Assembly (NCBI GenBank): GCA_963828465.1
Contig: CAWHEU010000022.1
Location: forward strand, 347,400-411,399
DNA from: an uncultured Acidobacteriota bacterium
GTDB lineage: Bacteria > Actinomycetota > Acidimicrobiia > Spongiisociales > ZC4RG35
Length of the DNA: 64,000 bases
Direction: 5' to 3'
Of this stretch, positions 1 through 11,257 are shown piece after piece. Below the pieces are notes generated by a model that had not been told where the DNA came from, did no database searches, and saw only the letters and a program-made list of their open reading frames with translations. Positions within the stretch are counted from its first letter, which is position 1. Every line of letters starts with the position of its first letter. The translations under genes and the position numbers were made by a program.

Positions 1-152
1 AAAGGGGTGAAGGTGCCCCGGCCCAGGGCATGGGGTGGCTGGAGGCTGGCGCCGGAAACGGTCGAGTTCTGGCAGGGGCAGCCCAACCGGTTTCACGACC
101 GTGTTCGTTATGTCCGGGACGGCGCCGGGTGGCGCAAAGAGAGGTTGGCACC

Positions 153-893
153 GTGAAGGTCAATGTCGTTGGGTCGTCGGGGACCTTTCCCGTGGCCGGT
201 CGCCCCGCTTCGGGGTACATGGTGGAGCAGGCGGGGACAAGGGTCTGGCTGGATGCCGGGCCGGGCACATTCGTGAATCTGCCAGTCGATTCCTACATGA
301 TCGATGCCGTCGTGATCTCGCATCAGCACCCGGATCACAGTGTGGACATCTTCACCGCATTCCATGCCTGGACCTATTGCCCGGATCCGAGAAAGGGCGT
401 CCCGTTGTACGCCCCCCAGGAGGTGTGGGATCGAGTATCGGGCTACCTGGACGGTGGCCAGGGCTCGCGGCTGACCGAGACGTTCGAATTCACGCCGGTC
501 TGGACGGGCGACCGCATCGACATCGGTGACATCTCCGTTTCGTTCGTCGAGATGGATCACTCGGTGCCCACCGTGGGATCCCGATGGGAAGCGGAGAACC
601 GCACGTTTTTCTACACGGGAGACACCGGGCCGAAGGGGAACTGGCGCGATTCGGCGCGTGACGTCGACTTCATGCTGTGCGAAGCGGCGTATCAGGAGCG
701 GGGCGACGGCGACTACCCGCATCATCTGACTGCCACCGAGGCGGGTCAGATCGCCCGCGAGGTTGGAGCACGCAACCTGGCGCTGACCCATATACCCCCG
801 TATCTCGATGTGAGCCGGTCGATCGACGAGGCCGAGACGGCCTTCGACAGACCGGTCTCGCTGGCCATGCCTGGTGTGAGTTTCGATGTCTGA
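153..893 (+). CDS. MBL-fold metallo-hydrolase (beta-lactamase superfamily)
   Basis: HQHPDHSVD (HxHxDH) motif; GTG start at 153 after an AGAGAGG RBS; stop overlaps the rph start. The MBL-rph-rdgB order is conserved in actinobacteria. Confidence 0.75.
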   Translation: MKVNVVGSSGTFPVAGRPASGYMVEQAGTRVWLDAGPGTFVNLPVDSYMIDAVVISHQHPDHSVDIFTAFHAWTYCPDPRKGVPLYAPQEVWDRVSGYLDGGQGSRLTETFEFTPVWTGDRIDIGDISVSFVEMDHSVPTVGSRWEAENRTFFYTGDTGPKGNWRDSARDVDFMLCEAAYQERGDGDYPHHLTATEAGQIAREVGARNLALTHIPPYLDVSRSIDEAETAFDRPVSLAMPGVSFDV

Positions 894-1591
894 TCGTCCC
901 TTCGATCAGCTCAGAGATGTCAAGCTCGAGATCCCTTACACCTCATCCACTCCCGGTTCGGTCCTGATATCGATGGGAAGGACCAGAGTTCTATGCACGG
1001 CATCGGTCCAGTCTGACGTGCCGCGATGGATGAGGGAGTCGGGCAAGGGATGGATCACCGCCGAGTACGCGATGCTGCCGGGATCCTCGCCGGAGAGAGT
1101 GCGGCGTGACCATGTCTCGGGTGGTCGAGCCAAGGAGATCTCCCGGCTCATCGGCCGGTCGTTGCGGGCGGTGGTCGACCTCAAGGCCATGGGCGAGGAC
1201 GATGGCGATGGTCGACTGTGATGTGATCGAGGCGGACGGCGGGACCAGGACCGCTGCGGTCACCGGCGCCTGGATAGCGCTCCATGAGGCGCTGGCGGAC
1301 GCGGTCGACAAGGGTCAATTGCCTTCGATACCAATCCTCGACGAGGTGGCGGCCGTATCGGTTGGCATCGTTGAAGGCACGCCGATGTTGGACCTCGACT
1401 ACGAGAAGGATGTCGCGGCCGAGGTCGACATGAATGTGGTCATGAGCGGACGGGGTCTCCTGGTCGAAGTGCAGGGAACGGCCGAGCGCGCACCTTTCAC
1501 GAGAGACGAGCTCGACCAGCTTCTCGATCTGGCCGCTTCCGGGATATCCGAGCTCCACGATCTGCAGCGCCGAGCGGTGGCCGCCGAGTGA
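886..1591 (+). CDS. rph: ribonuclease PH, interrupted by a +1 frameshift near 1192-1200
   Basis: The N-terminal half (ORF 886-1221) and C-terminal half (ORF 1106-1591, [25 protein letters not shown]) each match RNase PH, in adjacent frames. The join is at a GGG run after LKAMGE. Confidence 0.85.
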
Positions 1592-2169
1592 TCCCTCGTT
1601 TGGTCGTCGCCTCGAAGAACCCCGACAAGATCGCGGAAATAGAGGATGTGCTGAGGGAGGTGGGTCTTGCCGGTGAGATCGTCCGGGGCCTCGACTGGCC
1701 GGATGTCGAGGAGACAGGAGACACGCTCGAGGACAACGCCCTTCTGAAGGCGCGTGCTGTGGCGGAAGCCGTGGGGCTTCCCGCCTTGGCTGACGACACC
1801 GGCCTGGAGGTGGATTCCCTCGGCGGTCTCCCCGGGGTGAGGACGGCGCGATTCGCCGGACCGGGAGCGTCCTACCGGGACAATGTCGAGCTCCTGTTGG
1901 AGACGTTGGATGGAGTGGATGATCGACGGGCCCAGTTCCGGACAGCTGTGGCCCTGGTCATGCCTGACGGGTCTGAGATCGTGGTCGACGGTGCGCTCGA
2001 TGGGGTGATCACCGAAACCCCCAGGGGCGACGGCGGGTTCGGCTACGACCCCGTGTTCGAGGTCGAGGATCGGACATTGTCAGAGATGGGAGTGGCCCAG
2101 AAGAACACCCTGTCTCATCGGGCCCGGGCACTGCGAGCGTTGGCGGAGGCGCTCGGGATCGAGCGGTGA
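1588..2169 (+). CDS. rdgB: non-canonical purine NTP pyrophosphatase (RdgB/HAM1)
   Basis: [27 protein letters not shown] motifs; ATGA overlap with rph. Confidence 0.9.
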   Translation: MIPRLVVASKNPDKIAEIEDVLREVGLAGEIVRGLDWPDVEETGDTLEDNALLKARAVAEAVGLPALADDTGLEVDSLGGLPGVRTARFAGPGASYRDNVELLLETLDGVDDRRAQFRTAVALVMPDGSEIVVDGALDGVITETPRGDGGFGYDPVFEVEDRTLSEMGVAQKNTLSHRARALRALAEALGIER

Positions 2170-3426
2170 CGGAAGGGCCTCTCCGCGTCGTCATCGTCGG
2201 TGCTGGTTTTGCGGGTCTCAATGCTGCCAAGGCGCTGCGCCAGGAACCGGTTCACATCACGATCGTCGATCGGCGGAACTTCCATCTCTTCCAGCCGCTT
2301 CTCTATCAGGTGGCGGCGGCGGCGCTGAATCCGAGCGACATCGCCTATCCGATTCGCTCGATCTTCCGCCGACAGGAGAACGTCAGGAGCGTCCTCCTCG
2401 CCGAGGTCACGGGGATCGACCTCTCGGATAAGACCGTGAGCCTGGACGATGCCTCGGTCCTGCCCTACGACTATCTGATCCTCGCTACCGGGGCGACCCA
2501 TTCCTACTTCGGTCACGACGACTGGGAACAGATGGCACCCGGGCTGAAGACCCTCGAGGACGCGCTGCTTCTGCGGCAGCAGGATCCTGGCCGCTTTCGA
2601 AGAGGCAGAGCGCAACCCGGACGATGCCGATCGCCTGCTCACATTCGTCGTGGTCGGTGGCGGGCCGACCGGGGTGGAGTTGGCGGGGGCACTGATCGAG
2701 ATCGCAGTCCACTCACTGGGGAAGGAATTCGACGTGATCGACCCGACCCGGGCACGCGTTCTTCTGGTGGAGGGAGCGCCGCATGTGCTGCCCGTCTATC
2801 CGGAGGACCTTTCGGACAGCGCCCGACGTCAGTTGGAGACCCTCGGCGTGGAGGTGCTGACGGGAACCATGGTCAGCGAGATCGACGAAGGGGGAGTCAC
2901 CCTCAGTGACGGCCGACGGATCGAGTCGGGACTGGTGCTGTGGGCCGCCGGTGTCCAGGCATCGAAGCTTGGGGACATGCTCGGGGTGGAGACGGACAGA
3001 ACCGGTCGGGTGCCGGTCGAGGGCGATATGTCGGTCCCGGGGCACCGAGAGGTGTTCGTCGTCGGTGACCTCGCCACGGTTCCAGGTGTCCCTGGTGTCG
3101 CCCCAGCGGCGATGCAGATGGGCCGGCACGCCGGTCGCATGATCGAGGCCGACCTTCGGATGCGATCGAGGTTCCCATTCCACTATCGGAACAAAGGCGC
3201 CCTCGCCACCATCGGGCGGGCGAGGGCGGTGGCGGATTTCGGTCAGGTCAGGTTCGGCGGTTTCCTGGCTTGGCTGGCGTGGCTGGCCATCCACATCTTC
3301 TATCTGATCGGCTTCCGCAACCGGGTCCTCGTGCTGATCTCGTGGGCCTGGAGCTATCTCACCTTCCGCCGCGGAGCGCGGATCATCACCGGAGTGCCAC
3401 GACTGCCGGAAAAGGGCGAGCCGTGA
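2166..3426 (+). CDS. ndh: type II NADH dehydrogenase (NDH-2), interrupted by a +1 frameshift near 2580
   Basis: VVIVGAGFAGL first Rossmann motif (ORF 2166-2909) and VVVGGGPTGVELAG second Rossmann motif (ORF 2650-3426). The expected LRQRILAAFEEAER segment is split across frames at cagcagg. Confidence 0.85.
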
Positions 3427-3514
3427 TGGTGCGGGTGAGAGGATTTGAACCTCCACGACCTTTCGGTCACAGGGACCTAAACCCTGCGCGTCTGCCAAGT
3501 TTCGCCACACCCGC
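3427..3514 (-). tRNA. tRNA-Leu (anticodon TAG), long variable arm, CCA encoded
   Basis: Hand-folded: acceptor GCGGGTG/CACCCGC, anticodon loop TTTAGGT, T-loop GGTTCAAATCC, ends CCGCACCA. Confidence 0.8.
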
Positions 3515-3540
3515 GTGTGGTGGAACATTGTCCCATGACA

Positions 3541-3567
3541 CAAGCCCTCGGTCTGACCGAGGGCTTG
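3541..3567. terminator. perfect 11-bp hairpin between two tRNA genes (processing or terminator element)
   Basis: caagccctcgg-tctga-ccgagggcttg. Confidence 0.4.
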
Positions 3568-3570
3568 TTG

Positions 3571-3644
3571 TAGGCCGCGTGGGACTCGAACCCACAACAC
3601 CCGAGTTAAGAGCCCGGTGCTCTAGCCAATTGAGCTAGCGGCCC
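3571..3644 (-). tRNA. tRNA-Lys (anticodon CTT)
   Basis: Hand-folded: D-arm GCTCAATTGGCTAGAGC, anticodon stem-loop CCGGG-CTCTTAA-CTCGG, T-arm GTGGGTTCGAGTCCCAC. One G-U pair in the acceptor stem. Confidence 0.7.
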
Positions 3645-3655
3645 GCGCTGGAAGG

Positions 3656-4372
3656 TTAATACCGGTAGTCGGGAAGGCTCAGACGGTCTGCTACGACCTC
3701 GATCCAAACGATCGTTCGCTGCCATGCATCGGAGCACCGCCGCATCTTGACGGTGCAAACACCGTGTCGGAGATGGTTTTTTCGGTGCCCGGTGCCTTTC
3801 GGCTTGATGAAGGTCTTGTGGAAGTTGGCATTGTTCAGACCAGTCTCTGCGCGCCAATAGGACCTCGCTGCGCCTTCATCATTGCCCTCGTGCAGATGGA
3901 GTTGGAGCGAGAAGTCGGCAGCGGGATCCAGATAGGTCCGGATCCAGTAAATGAACAGACGCAGGGCGCGGGGATCGGCGTTCGCCAGCGTGAGATGATT
4001 TCGGGTCTTCGCACCTTCGGCCCAATAGAGGACAGCACCTGCAACCCAGAGAGGGTCTGTCATGAGGTCAGGAGTCTGAGAAAGTGCAGCGACACGCACG
4101 AGCGAGATCTCGGTGCGTCGTTTCCTGTTCGTATCCCGCGGTATGCCCTCCCGCGACCCGGACCGCGCCCGGATCGCTTGCATCTTTTCCTCCGACAACC
4201 TCACATCGCGACACCAAGTCGCAAGGGTCGATTTTGGCACCGGGATCAGGTCCATGATCTCGCCATAGGAGAGCCCGAGACGCCGTAGGTCCTTCCCCAG
4301 CTCGGACCGCTCCCATCTCGACAGTCCGTCCCACCCCTCGATCCGGGCCCGAAATTGGATCCCCAGCTCCAT
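3656..4372 (-). CDS. hypothetical protein with an N-terminal transposase-like HTH (LSYGEIMDLIPVPKSTLATW); lower-GC islet gene between tRNA clusters
   Basis: Single 238-aa ORF flanked by tRNA genes on both sides. GC is visibly lower than the surroundings. The HTH resembles IS3/terminase-type HTH; the C-terminal H/C-rich segment is unassigned. Confidence 0.5.
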   Translation of the reverse strand: MELGIQFRARIEGWDGLSRWERSELGKDLRRLGLSYGEIMDLIPVPKSTLATWCRDVRLSEEKMQAIRARSGSREGIPRDTNRKRRTEISLVRVAALSQTPDLMTDPLWVAGAVLYWAEGAKTRNHLTLANADPRALRLFIYWIRTYLDPAADFSLQLHLHEGNDEGAARSYWRAETGLNNANFHKTFIKPKGTGHRKNHLRHGVCTVKMRRCSDAWQRTIVWIEVVADRLSLPDYRY

Positions 4373-4432
4373 AGTTCGACCATATGAGTGAGGTGGGACA
4401 GGAATCGGGACGCAAGTACGCTGACCCGATCA

Positions 4433-4506
4433 CGGGCTGTGGCGCAGCTTGGTAGCGCGCTTGCTTTGGGAGCAAGAGGCCGTCGGTTCGAATCCGACCA
4501 GCCCGA
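4433..4506 (+). tRNA. tRNA-Pro (anticodon TGG)
   Basis: Acceptor CGGGCTG/CAGCCCG, anticodon stem-loop CTTGC-TTTGGGA-GCAAG, T-arm GTCGGTTCGAATCCGAC. Confidence 0.8.
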
Positions 4507-4530
4507 CCGGGGCTTTACAATGACGTGTCC

Positions 4531-4603
<73 letters not shown>

Positions 4604-4638
4604 GAATGGGTCGCCCTCGGGGACAGACCTAAGCCCTC

Positions 4639-4712
4639 GCCCCTGTAGCTCAATTGGATAGAGCGGCGGACTTCTAATCCGCAGGTTGGGGGTTCGAGTC
4701 CTCCCGGGGGCG
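4639..4712 (+). tRNA. tRNA-Arg (anticodon TCT)
   Basis: GCCCCTG TAGCTCAATTGGATAGAGC, anticodon stem-loop GCGGA-CTTCTAA-TCCGC, T-arm GGGGGTTCGAGTCCTCC. Confidence 0.8.
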
Positions 4713-4737
4713 CGAAGGTAAGACCCATTCGATACAT

Positions 4738-4816
4738 GGTGGCCGTAGCTCAGCCCGGTTAGAGCACCTGGTTGTGGTCCAGGAAGTCGCGGGTTCGAAT
4801 CCCGTCGGTCACCCCA
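4738..4816 (+). tRNA. tRNA-His (anticodon GTG) with encoded G-1 and 3' CCA
   Basis: G-1 + GTGGCCG acceptor, anticodon stem-loop CCTGG-TTGTGGT-CCAGG, discriminator C, CCA present. Confidence 0.8.
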
Positions 4817-4820
4817 GGGG

Positions 4821-4846
4821 AAGGGCGCAGGGATGCGCCCTTCTTC
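4821..4846 (+). terminator. rho-independent terminator after the tRNA cluster
   Basis: aagggcgcagggatgcgccctt hairpin followed by TTCTTC. Confidence 0.6.
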
Positions 4847-4865
4847 ATGACAACCAGGAAGACGA

Positions 4866-6299
4866 ATGACAACAACAGTCACAGAGACAGGCCCGTTCGA
4901 GCGTCTGGTCACCTTTCAACTAACCGACGACCAGATCACCGCCGGCAAGGCTGCGACCGCTCGGAAGCTGTCCCAGGACATGAAGCTGAAGGGCTTCCGG
5001 CCGGGCAAAGCGCCGTTGCCCGTGATCGAAGCGGCAGTAGGCCCAGCCCGATTGCGAAGCGAAGTGATAGATGACCTCGTTCCGCCGGCGCTGAGCGAGA
5101 TCCTCAACGACGAGGAGTTGCGCCCGGCTGTTACTCCCCAACTCGAAGCACTGAACGACGTCGATGGCGGAGTCGAGGTCGAGGTCAAGGTGACCTTGTG
5201 GCCCGAAATCGACCTACCCAAATATCGGGACCGCGAGGTCGAAGTGACGTCACCCGTGGTCACACCCGAAGAGCTCGACACCCAGGTCGAGCGCATGCTC
5301 GAGCAGTTCGCCACCGTGGAGGAGGCAAACCGGCCTGCGGCGTCCGGTGATTTCGTCTCCGTAGACGTCAAGGCAACCAAGGATGGCGACTCGGTAGATG
5401 GGGCTAACGCCGCAGATCTCCTCTATGAGGTCGGCTCTGGTCTGTTCGTCGAGGGAATCGATGAGCTCCTCGAAGGTGCCGAGCCGGGGACGGTGCTCAA
5501 CTTCGAGGCTCCGTTGCCTGTCGGTTTCGGCGACCGTGCCGGGGAGCAGGTCGGTTTCGAGGTGATCGTCAACGAGGTGAAGGAGCGGATCCTCCCCGAG
5601 CTCGATGATGCATGGGTCGACGAGAACACCGAGTTCGAGACAGTCGAGGAGCTGAAGGCAGAGCTGGGGGAGCGGCTCGCCGAGGCAAAGTTGCAGTCTG
5701 TCTCACGTCAATACGCCGAGAGAGCGCTCAGCACTCTCGTCGATCAGGTGGATATCCAGCTGCCGGAGGGATTGGTCCGGTCGGAGATGGACGACCACCT
5801 TCATCGGTTCGTCCATCGTCTAGAGGACAGCGAGCTGACCCTCGACGACTACTTCCAGGCTTCGGGAATCGATCAGGAACAGTTCCTCGACGACCTCCGC
5901 CAACAGGCAGAGATGTCCATACGGAACCAGCTGATTCTCGAAGCTGTAGCCAAGGATGCGGGGATCGATGTCACTCCTGAGGATGTCTCGGCGGTGATCC
6001 AGAACGCGGCGGCTCGTTCCGGCGACCCGGTCGCCTATCTGCAGGCCTTCCGCCAAAGCGGCCGGGAATTGGCGGTGGCCGGTGATATTCTCAGAAACAG
6101 GGCGTTGGACGCCATCCTCTCGGCAGCGAATCCGGTCGACGAAGACGGCAACCCGATCGATTTGAAAATGAATGTGACGGAAGTCGAGGCCGAGATCGTC
6201 GAGGCTGAGATCGTCGAGGCCGAGCCGGTCGGGGACATCCCGCCGGGCGAGGTTCCAATCGGCGAAGTGGTTGCGACAGCGGCGGAGGAAGAAGAATGA
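4866..6299 (+). CDS. tig: trigger factor
   Basis: Typical trigger-factor sequence; tig-clpP-clpX order; acidic repeat tail ([15 protein letters not shown]...EEEE). Confidence 0.9.
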   Translation: MTTTVTETGPFERLVTFQLTDDQITAGKAATARKLSQDMKLKGFRPGKAPLPVIEAAVGPARLRSEVIDDLVPPALSEILNDEELRPAVTPQLEALNDVDGGVEVEVKVTLWPEIDLPKYRDREVEVTSPVVTPEELDTQVERMLEQFATVEEANRPAASGDFVSVDVKATKDGDSVDGANAADLLYEVGSGLFVEGIDELLEGAEPGTVLNFEAPLPVGFGDRAGEQVGFEVIVNEVKERILPELDDAWVDENTEFETVEELKAELGERLAEAKLQSVSRQYAERALSTLVDQVDIQLPEGLVRSEMDDHLHRFVHRLEDSELTLDDYFQASGIDQEQFLDDLRQQAEMSIRNQLILEAVAKDAGIDVTPEDVSAVIQNAAARSGDPVAYLQAFRQSGRELAVAGDILRNRALDAILSAANPVDEDGNPIDLKMNVTEVEAEIVEAEIVEAEPVGDIPPGEVPIGEVVATAAEEEE

Positions 6300-6919
6300 A
6301 CGACCAGTTCCAGAACTATGTGATCCCCACAGTCTTCGAACAGACGAGTCGGGGCGAGCGCTACTTCGACATCTACAGCCGGCTCCTCAAGGACCGGATC
6401 ATCTTCCTTGGGACGCCGATCGACGACACCATCGCCAATTTGATCATGGCCCAGCTCCTCCACCTCGAGTCAGAGGACCCAGACAAGGACATCTTCCTCT
6501 ACATCAACTCCCCGGGAGGTTCGATCACCTCCTTGTTCGCCATCTACGACACCATGCAGTACATCAAGCCTGAGGTGAACACGGTGTGCATGGGCATGGC
6601 CGCCTCGGCGGCTGCGGTCATCCTCGCCGGTGGGGCGGTGGGCAAGCGCTACGCCCTGCCCCACGCCCGAGTCATGCTTCACCAGCCGCACGGTGGCGCC
6701 CAGGGCCAGGCCTCAGACATCGAAATCCAGGCCCGGCTCATAGTGCAGATGCGAGAGTCGCTGAACCAGATCCTTGCCGAGCACACCGGCCAGGAGCTGG
6801 AGAAGATCGCGACGGACACAGAGCGTGACTACTGGATGCTGGCCGCCGAGGCCAAGGACTACGGGGTCATCGACGGAATTCTCACCCGTCGGGAGCTTGC
6901 GGCGGTAGCCTCCACCTGA
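6296..6919 (+). CDS. clpP: ATP-dependent Clp protease proteolytic subunit
   Basis: GMAASAA (Ser), MLHQPHGG (His), ERDYWM (Asp) motifs; single clpP copy in the window. Confidence 0.92.
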   Translation: MNDQFQNYVIPTVFEQTSRGERYFDIYSRLLKDRIIFLGTPIDDTIANLIMAQLLHLESEDPDKDIFLYINSPGGSITSLFAIYDTMQYIKPEVNTVCMGMAASAAAVILAGGAVGKRYALPHARVMLHQPHGGAQGQASDIEIQARLIVQMRESLNQILAEHTGQELEKIATDTERDYWMLAAEAKDYGVIDGILTRRELAAVAST

Positions 6920-6935
6920 GGAGGTTCAAAACTCG

Positions 6936-8198
6936 ATGGCACGACTCGGTGACGGCGGTGAGCTGCTCAAGTGCAGCTTCTGCGGCAAGTCTCAGAAGCA
7001 AGTCAAGAAACTGATCGCCGGGCCCGGCGTTTACATCTGCGACGAGTGCATCGATCTCTGCAACGAGATCATCGAAGAAGAGTTCTCCGCCACCGAGGAG
7101 ATCACCTTCACCGAGCTGCCCAAGCCGGTCGAGATCAACTCGTATCTCGACGACTACGTGGTCGGCCAGGAAGACGCCAAGAAGAAGCTCTCCGTCGCCG
7201 TCTACAACCACTACAAGCGGATCCGGGGCGGCGACGTCCAGCGCGATGTCGAGCTGCAGAAATCGAACATCCTCCTCATCGGCCCCACCGGGTCGGGTAA
7301 GACCCTTCTCGCCCAAACTCTCGCCCGCCAGCTCAATGTCCCCTTCGCCATCGCCGACGCCACGAGCCTCACCGAGGCGGGGTACGTCGGGGAGGACGTG
7401 GAGAACATCCTCCTCAAGTTGCTCCAGGCCGCCGACTACGACGTCAACCGGGCCCAACAGGGGATCATCTACATCGACGAGATCGACAAGGTCTCTCGCA
7501 AGGCCGAGAACCCGTCCATCACCAGGGACGTCTCGGGAGAAGGGGTGCAGCAAGCTCTCCTCAAGATCCTGGAGGGCACGGTGGCTTCGGTCCCGCCTCA
7601 GGGTGGGCGCAAGCACCCCCATCAGGAATTCATCCAGCTCGACACGACCAACATCCTCTTCATCTGTGCGGGAGCTTTCGGCGGCCTCGAGGACATCATC
7701 GCCAACCGAGTGGGACGGCGGGGTGTCGGCTTCGGTGCCGAGGTCCGCGGCAAAGCCGACGGGCGGCCATCCGACTTGCTCAACCAGGTCATGCCTGAGG
7801 ACCTGATGAAGTACGGGCTGATCCCCGAGTTCATCGGGCGTCTACCGGTGATGGCGACCGTGGAGGATCTCGACATGGACGCCCTGATCCGAATCCTGAC
7901 CGAGCCGAAGAACGCCCTGATTCGTCAGTACGCCCGCATGTTCGAAATGGACGAAGTCGAGCTCGTCTTCACGCCCGACTCGCTCGATGCCATCGCCGCC
8001 CAGGCCATCAAGCGGGGGACCGGGGCCCGCGGCCTCCGGGCGATTCTCGAGGAAGTCCTTCTCAACACGATGTATGACCTGCCTTCCCGCACGGATGTGG
8101 AGAGAGTCGTCATCGACCGCGACGTGGTCGCAGAGAAGGTCAACCCCACTCTGGTGCCGGCGCGCGTCGAGGACGGTCCAGCCGAAAAATCGGCCTGA
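6936..8198 (+). CDS. clpX: ATP-dependent Clp protease ATP-binding subunit ClpX
   Basis: N-terminal C4 zinc finger CSFCGK...CDEC; Walker [12 protein letters not shown]+ core. Confidence 0.93.
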   Translation: MARLGDGGELLKCSFCGKSQKQVKKLIAGPGVYICDECIDLCNEIIEEEFSATEEITFTELPKPVEINSYLDDYVVGQEDAKKKLSVAVYNHYKRIRGGDVQRDVELQKSNILLIGPTGSGKTLLAQTLARQLNVPFAIADATSLTEAGYVGEDVENILLKLLQAADYDVNRAQQGIIYIDEIDKVSRKAENPSITRDVSGEGVQQALLKILEGTVASVPPQGGRKHPHQEFIQLDTTNILFICAGAFGGLEDIIANRVGRRGVGFGAEVRGKADGRPSDLLNQVMPEDLMKYGLIPEFIGRLPVMATVEDLDMDALIRILTEPKNALIRQYARMFEMDEVELVFTPDSLDAIAAQAIKRGTGARGLRAILEEVLLNTMYDLPSRTDVERVVIDRDVVAEKVNPTLVPARVEDGPAEKSA

Positions 8199-8412
8199 TC
8201 GCTCGACCGCGACCACGGACTAGCGCACTCGGAGAAGTTCGTGTCAATGACACGGGCAGGTAACCCGCGCCCGTTAGGGTGTCGGCGACCGACCTCGGGC
8301 GGGCGGTCATAAGGGGAAAAAGGGAGGCCTTGATCCCGCGACCTGTATGCGGTCACCTGGGTCGTGGGGTAGCCAATGGTGAGACCGGCTCGTCCCAACG
8401 CGCAATGAAGGG

Positions 8413-9886
8413 ATGGGATTCATGCGGGTTAGCGTGCGACGGGTTCGCTTCGTCGTCGCAATGATGATGGCTCTGATGCTGGTTTCGTCGTTGTCGATCG
8501 TTCTCTCTGGAACGGCCTCAGCGACCACCGGGCAGCAAATAGACGGCGATCACCAAGGCGAGGACTGTACCGAGCTCGATGTCCAGGGCGCTGGAACGGA
8601 TCAAGAGGAATGTGAGCCTCGAGGAGTGTGATGATCTTGCCGTTCAGAGCTTTGGCGGTGGCGATCACGAGGATTGTGAGCCTGCCGAGGAGTGTCCGGA
8701 TCTAGCGGTTCAGAGCTTTGGTGGGGGTGATCACGAGGATTGTGAGCCTGCCGAGGAGTGTCCGGAGCTCACCACGCAGAGTCGTGGCGGTGGCGATGAT
8801 CCCAAGGATTGTGAGCCTGCCGAGGAGTGCCCCGACCTAGCGGTTCAGAGCTTTGGTGGGGGCGGTCACGAGGATTGTGAGTCCCCTGAGGAGTGTCCGG
8901 AGCTCACCACGCAGAGTCGTGGCGGTGGCGGTCACGAGGATTGTGAGTCCCCTGAGGAGTGTCCGGAGCTCACCACGCAGAGTCGTGGCGGTGGCGATGA
9001 TCCCAAGGATTGTGAGCTCCCCGAGGAGTGCCCGGAGTTAGCCGTTCAGACTGGTGGGGATCACGGTGATGATGAGGATTGTGATTCCGAGGAGTGTCCG
9101 GAGTTAGCCGTTCAGACTGGTGGGGATCACGGTGATGATGAGGATTGTGATTCTGAGGAGTGTCCGGAGTTAGCCGTTCAGACCGGTGGGGATCACGGTG
9201 ATGATGAGGATTGTGATTCCGAGGAATGTCCGGACCTAGCCGTTCAGACTGGTGGCAGTGATCACGGTGATGACGACGATGATTGTTCAGGCACCACCAC
9301 TACGACTTCGACCACCATGCCCACGGTCGCTCCACCAACCCTCCCCGAAGAGCTCGATCTGGCGGCGGTCGGAGCGGAGTGCTTCAGCGACATCCCGTAT
9401 CTGAGCTACACGATCGACTACCCGGCAGGGGAGTCGGCGACTATCACCTTCATCAATCCCGCTGGCGCCGACGTCGTCTACGAGGACGTGCCGCTGAGCG
9501 GAGCCGTGCTGTGGCCGGGGGCGAGCGAAACCCCTCCCGACTGGCCCGGCTGGATTCTCCAGGATGGAGTGTGGGTGGCGGCCGATGACGGGTTCCTCTG
9601 GGCGCGAGGAGAAATCGACGTTCTCTTCGAGGTGAACCCGAGCACGGTGCTCACGGTTTCGTATCCACAGTCAGGGGAAGCATGCGCCGATCCGGAGAAC
9701 ATCCCGGACGAAGTCGAAGGAACGGTGGTCACGCCACCCACGACGCCGGACCAGGTCGATGGTGTGGACGTGCTTCCGTTCACCGGTGTCCACGGGGGTG
9801 CGCTGGCAGCGGTTGCTTTTGCCGCTCTGGCTCTGGGTGGCCTGATGCTGCTCAGCGTTAGGAGGGGTGAGGCCGAGGACGGCTGA
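8413..9886 (+). CDS. LPXTG (LPFTG) sortase-anchored surface protein with about 10 acidic Cys-rich 21-22 aa tandem repeats; signal peptide in a separate frame (+1 shift near 8620)
   Basis: Signal peptide MRVSVRRVRFVVAMMMALMLVSS...ASA in ORF 8413-8631. Repeats EECP[DE]LAVQSFGGGDHEDCEPA and EECPELAVQTGGDHGDDEDCDS (8590-9290). A T-rich linker follows. C-terminal LPFTG + hydrophobic segment + RRGE tail. Confidence 0.75.
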
Positions 9887-9907
9887 ACCCGACCGTAAGT
9901 CGATGAC

Positions 9908-9939
9908 AAAGCCCCGGGATTAACCTCCCGGGGCTTTTT
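9908..9939 (+). terminator. rho-independent terminator
   Basis: aagccccggga-ttaacc-tcccggggc hairpin + TTTTT, immediately before the folC ATG. Confidence 0.75.
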
Positions 9940-9940
9940 C

Positions 9941-11224
9941 ATGAACTATCCCGACGCCCTTGCCTATCTAGATGGGCACATCACACACGGCATCAAGCCA
10001 GGCTTGGAGCGCATCAATCGGCTGCTCGACGACATGGGCCGGCCCGACGAGGGATACCCGATAATTCATGTGGCGGGGACCAACGGAAAGACATCCACGT
10101 CAAGGTTTGCCACCTTGCTCTTGGTCGCCCACGGCCTGAGCACCGGCACCTATACCTCACCCCACCTCCAGAACGTGGAAGAGCGGCTTGCGATCAACGG
10201 TCGGATGGCGACCGAGGAGGAGTTTGCCGTCGCCGTCTCCGACGTGGCCGCCTTTGCCGAACTGCGGGCCAAGGCCGGCGAAGAGCCCAACACGTACTTC
10301 GAGCTCACCACGGCTGCCGCCTTCGCTTTCTTCGCCGATCAGGCAGTCAACGCCGCAGTGCTCGAAGTGGGCCTGGGCGGGCGTCTCGATGCAACCAACG
10401 TCGTGGACGCCGAGGTATGCGTCCTGACCAGCATCGGCATCGAGCACACCGAATACCTCGGCGAGGACGTGGCCACGATCGCCGGGGAGAAACTCGCAAT
10501 CGCCGGGGCGAACGCGACCCTGGTCAGCGGACCGCTGCCAGACCTGGCCCTGGAAGTCGCCGATTCCCGCGCCCGTGATCTCGGCATCCATCACCGTCAC
10601 TACGGGAAGGACTTCTCCGTGCTCGACGCCGAGCGTGGAGTCAGGGGCTGGCTGGTGACAATCGGAGGCGCGGAGGACACATACGAGGACCTGTTCCTTC
10701 CCCTTCACGGAAGGTATCAACTGGTGAACCTGGCGAACGCTGTGGCTGCCACCGAGGCACTGCTGGGACGGAAGCTCGACGAAGAGGCGGTTCGAGATGC
10801 GTTGTCGGTCGCCACGGCGCCGGGTCGGATGGAGATGCTGGGCACCCATCCTCTGGTGATGGTCGATGGAGCCCACAACGCGGACGGCGTCGACGCCCTC
10901 GCCGAATCGCTCGACGAGGAGTACCCGACGACTCGATGGCAACTGGTGCTGGGCGTCATGGGCGACAAGAACGTGGAGGCAATGGTCGAAAGCCTCGAAC
11001 CGATGCTGGCCGGGATAATCGCCACGGCGCCCAAGGCGGAGCGGGCGGTCCCACCGTCAGTGCTCGCGGAGAGGATCAGGACCCTGACCGACGTGGCCGT
11101 GATCGAGGCCGAGGACGCGGAGATCGCCCTCGACATGGCTCGCGCAGAAGCCGGGCCTGAAGGGGCGGTTCTCGTAGCCGGCTCGCTCTACTTGGTGGGC
11201 GAGGCCCGGGCGCTGTTGATCTGA
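9941..11224 (+). CDS. folC: bifunctional folylpolyglutamate synthase/dihydrofolate synthase
   Basis: Mur ligase family; HVAGTNGKTST P-loop; folC-ndk synteny. Confidence 0.88.
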   Translation: MNYPDALAYLDGHITHGIKPGLERINRLLDDMGRPDEGYPIIHVAGTNGKTSTSRFATLLLVAHGLSTGTYTSPHLQNVEERLAINGRMATEEEFAVAVSDVAAFAELRAKAGEEPNTYFELTTAAAFAFFADQAVNAAVLEVGLGGRLDATNVVDAEVCVLTSIGIEHTEYLGEDVATIAGEKLAIAGANATLVSGPLPDLALEVADSRARDLGIHHRHYGKDFSVLDAERGVRGWLVTIGGAEDTYEDLFLPLHGRYQLVNLANAVAATEALLGRKLDEEAVRDALSVATAPGRMEMLGTHPLVMVDGAHNADGVDALAESLDEEYPTTRWQLVLGVMGDKNVEAMVESLEPMLAGIIATAPKAERAVPPSVLAERIRTLTDVAVIEAEDAEIALDMARAEAGPEGAVLVAGSLYLVGEARALLI

Positions 11225-11257
11225 CTCCTGCCCGACCTGAAGTACGCTCCCGCCGAC

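Noticed and set aside
8590-9290. Regular about 63-66 bp direct repeats that could suggest a CRISPR array
   Set aside because: The repeats are in-frame and translate into a conserved peptide unit inside a signal-peptide/LPXTG protein. There are no unique spacers and no cas genes."
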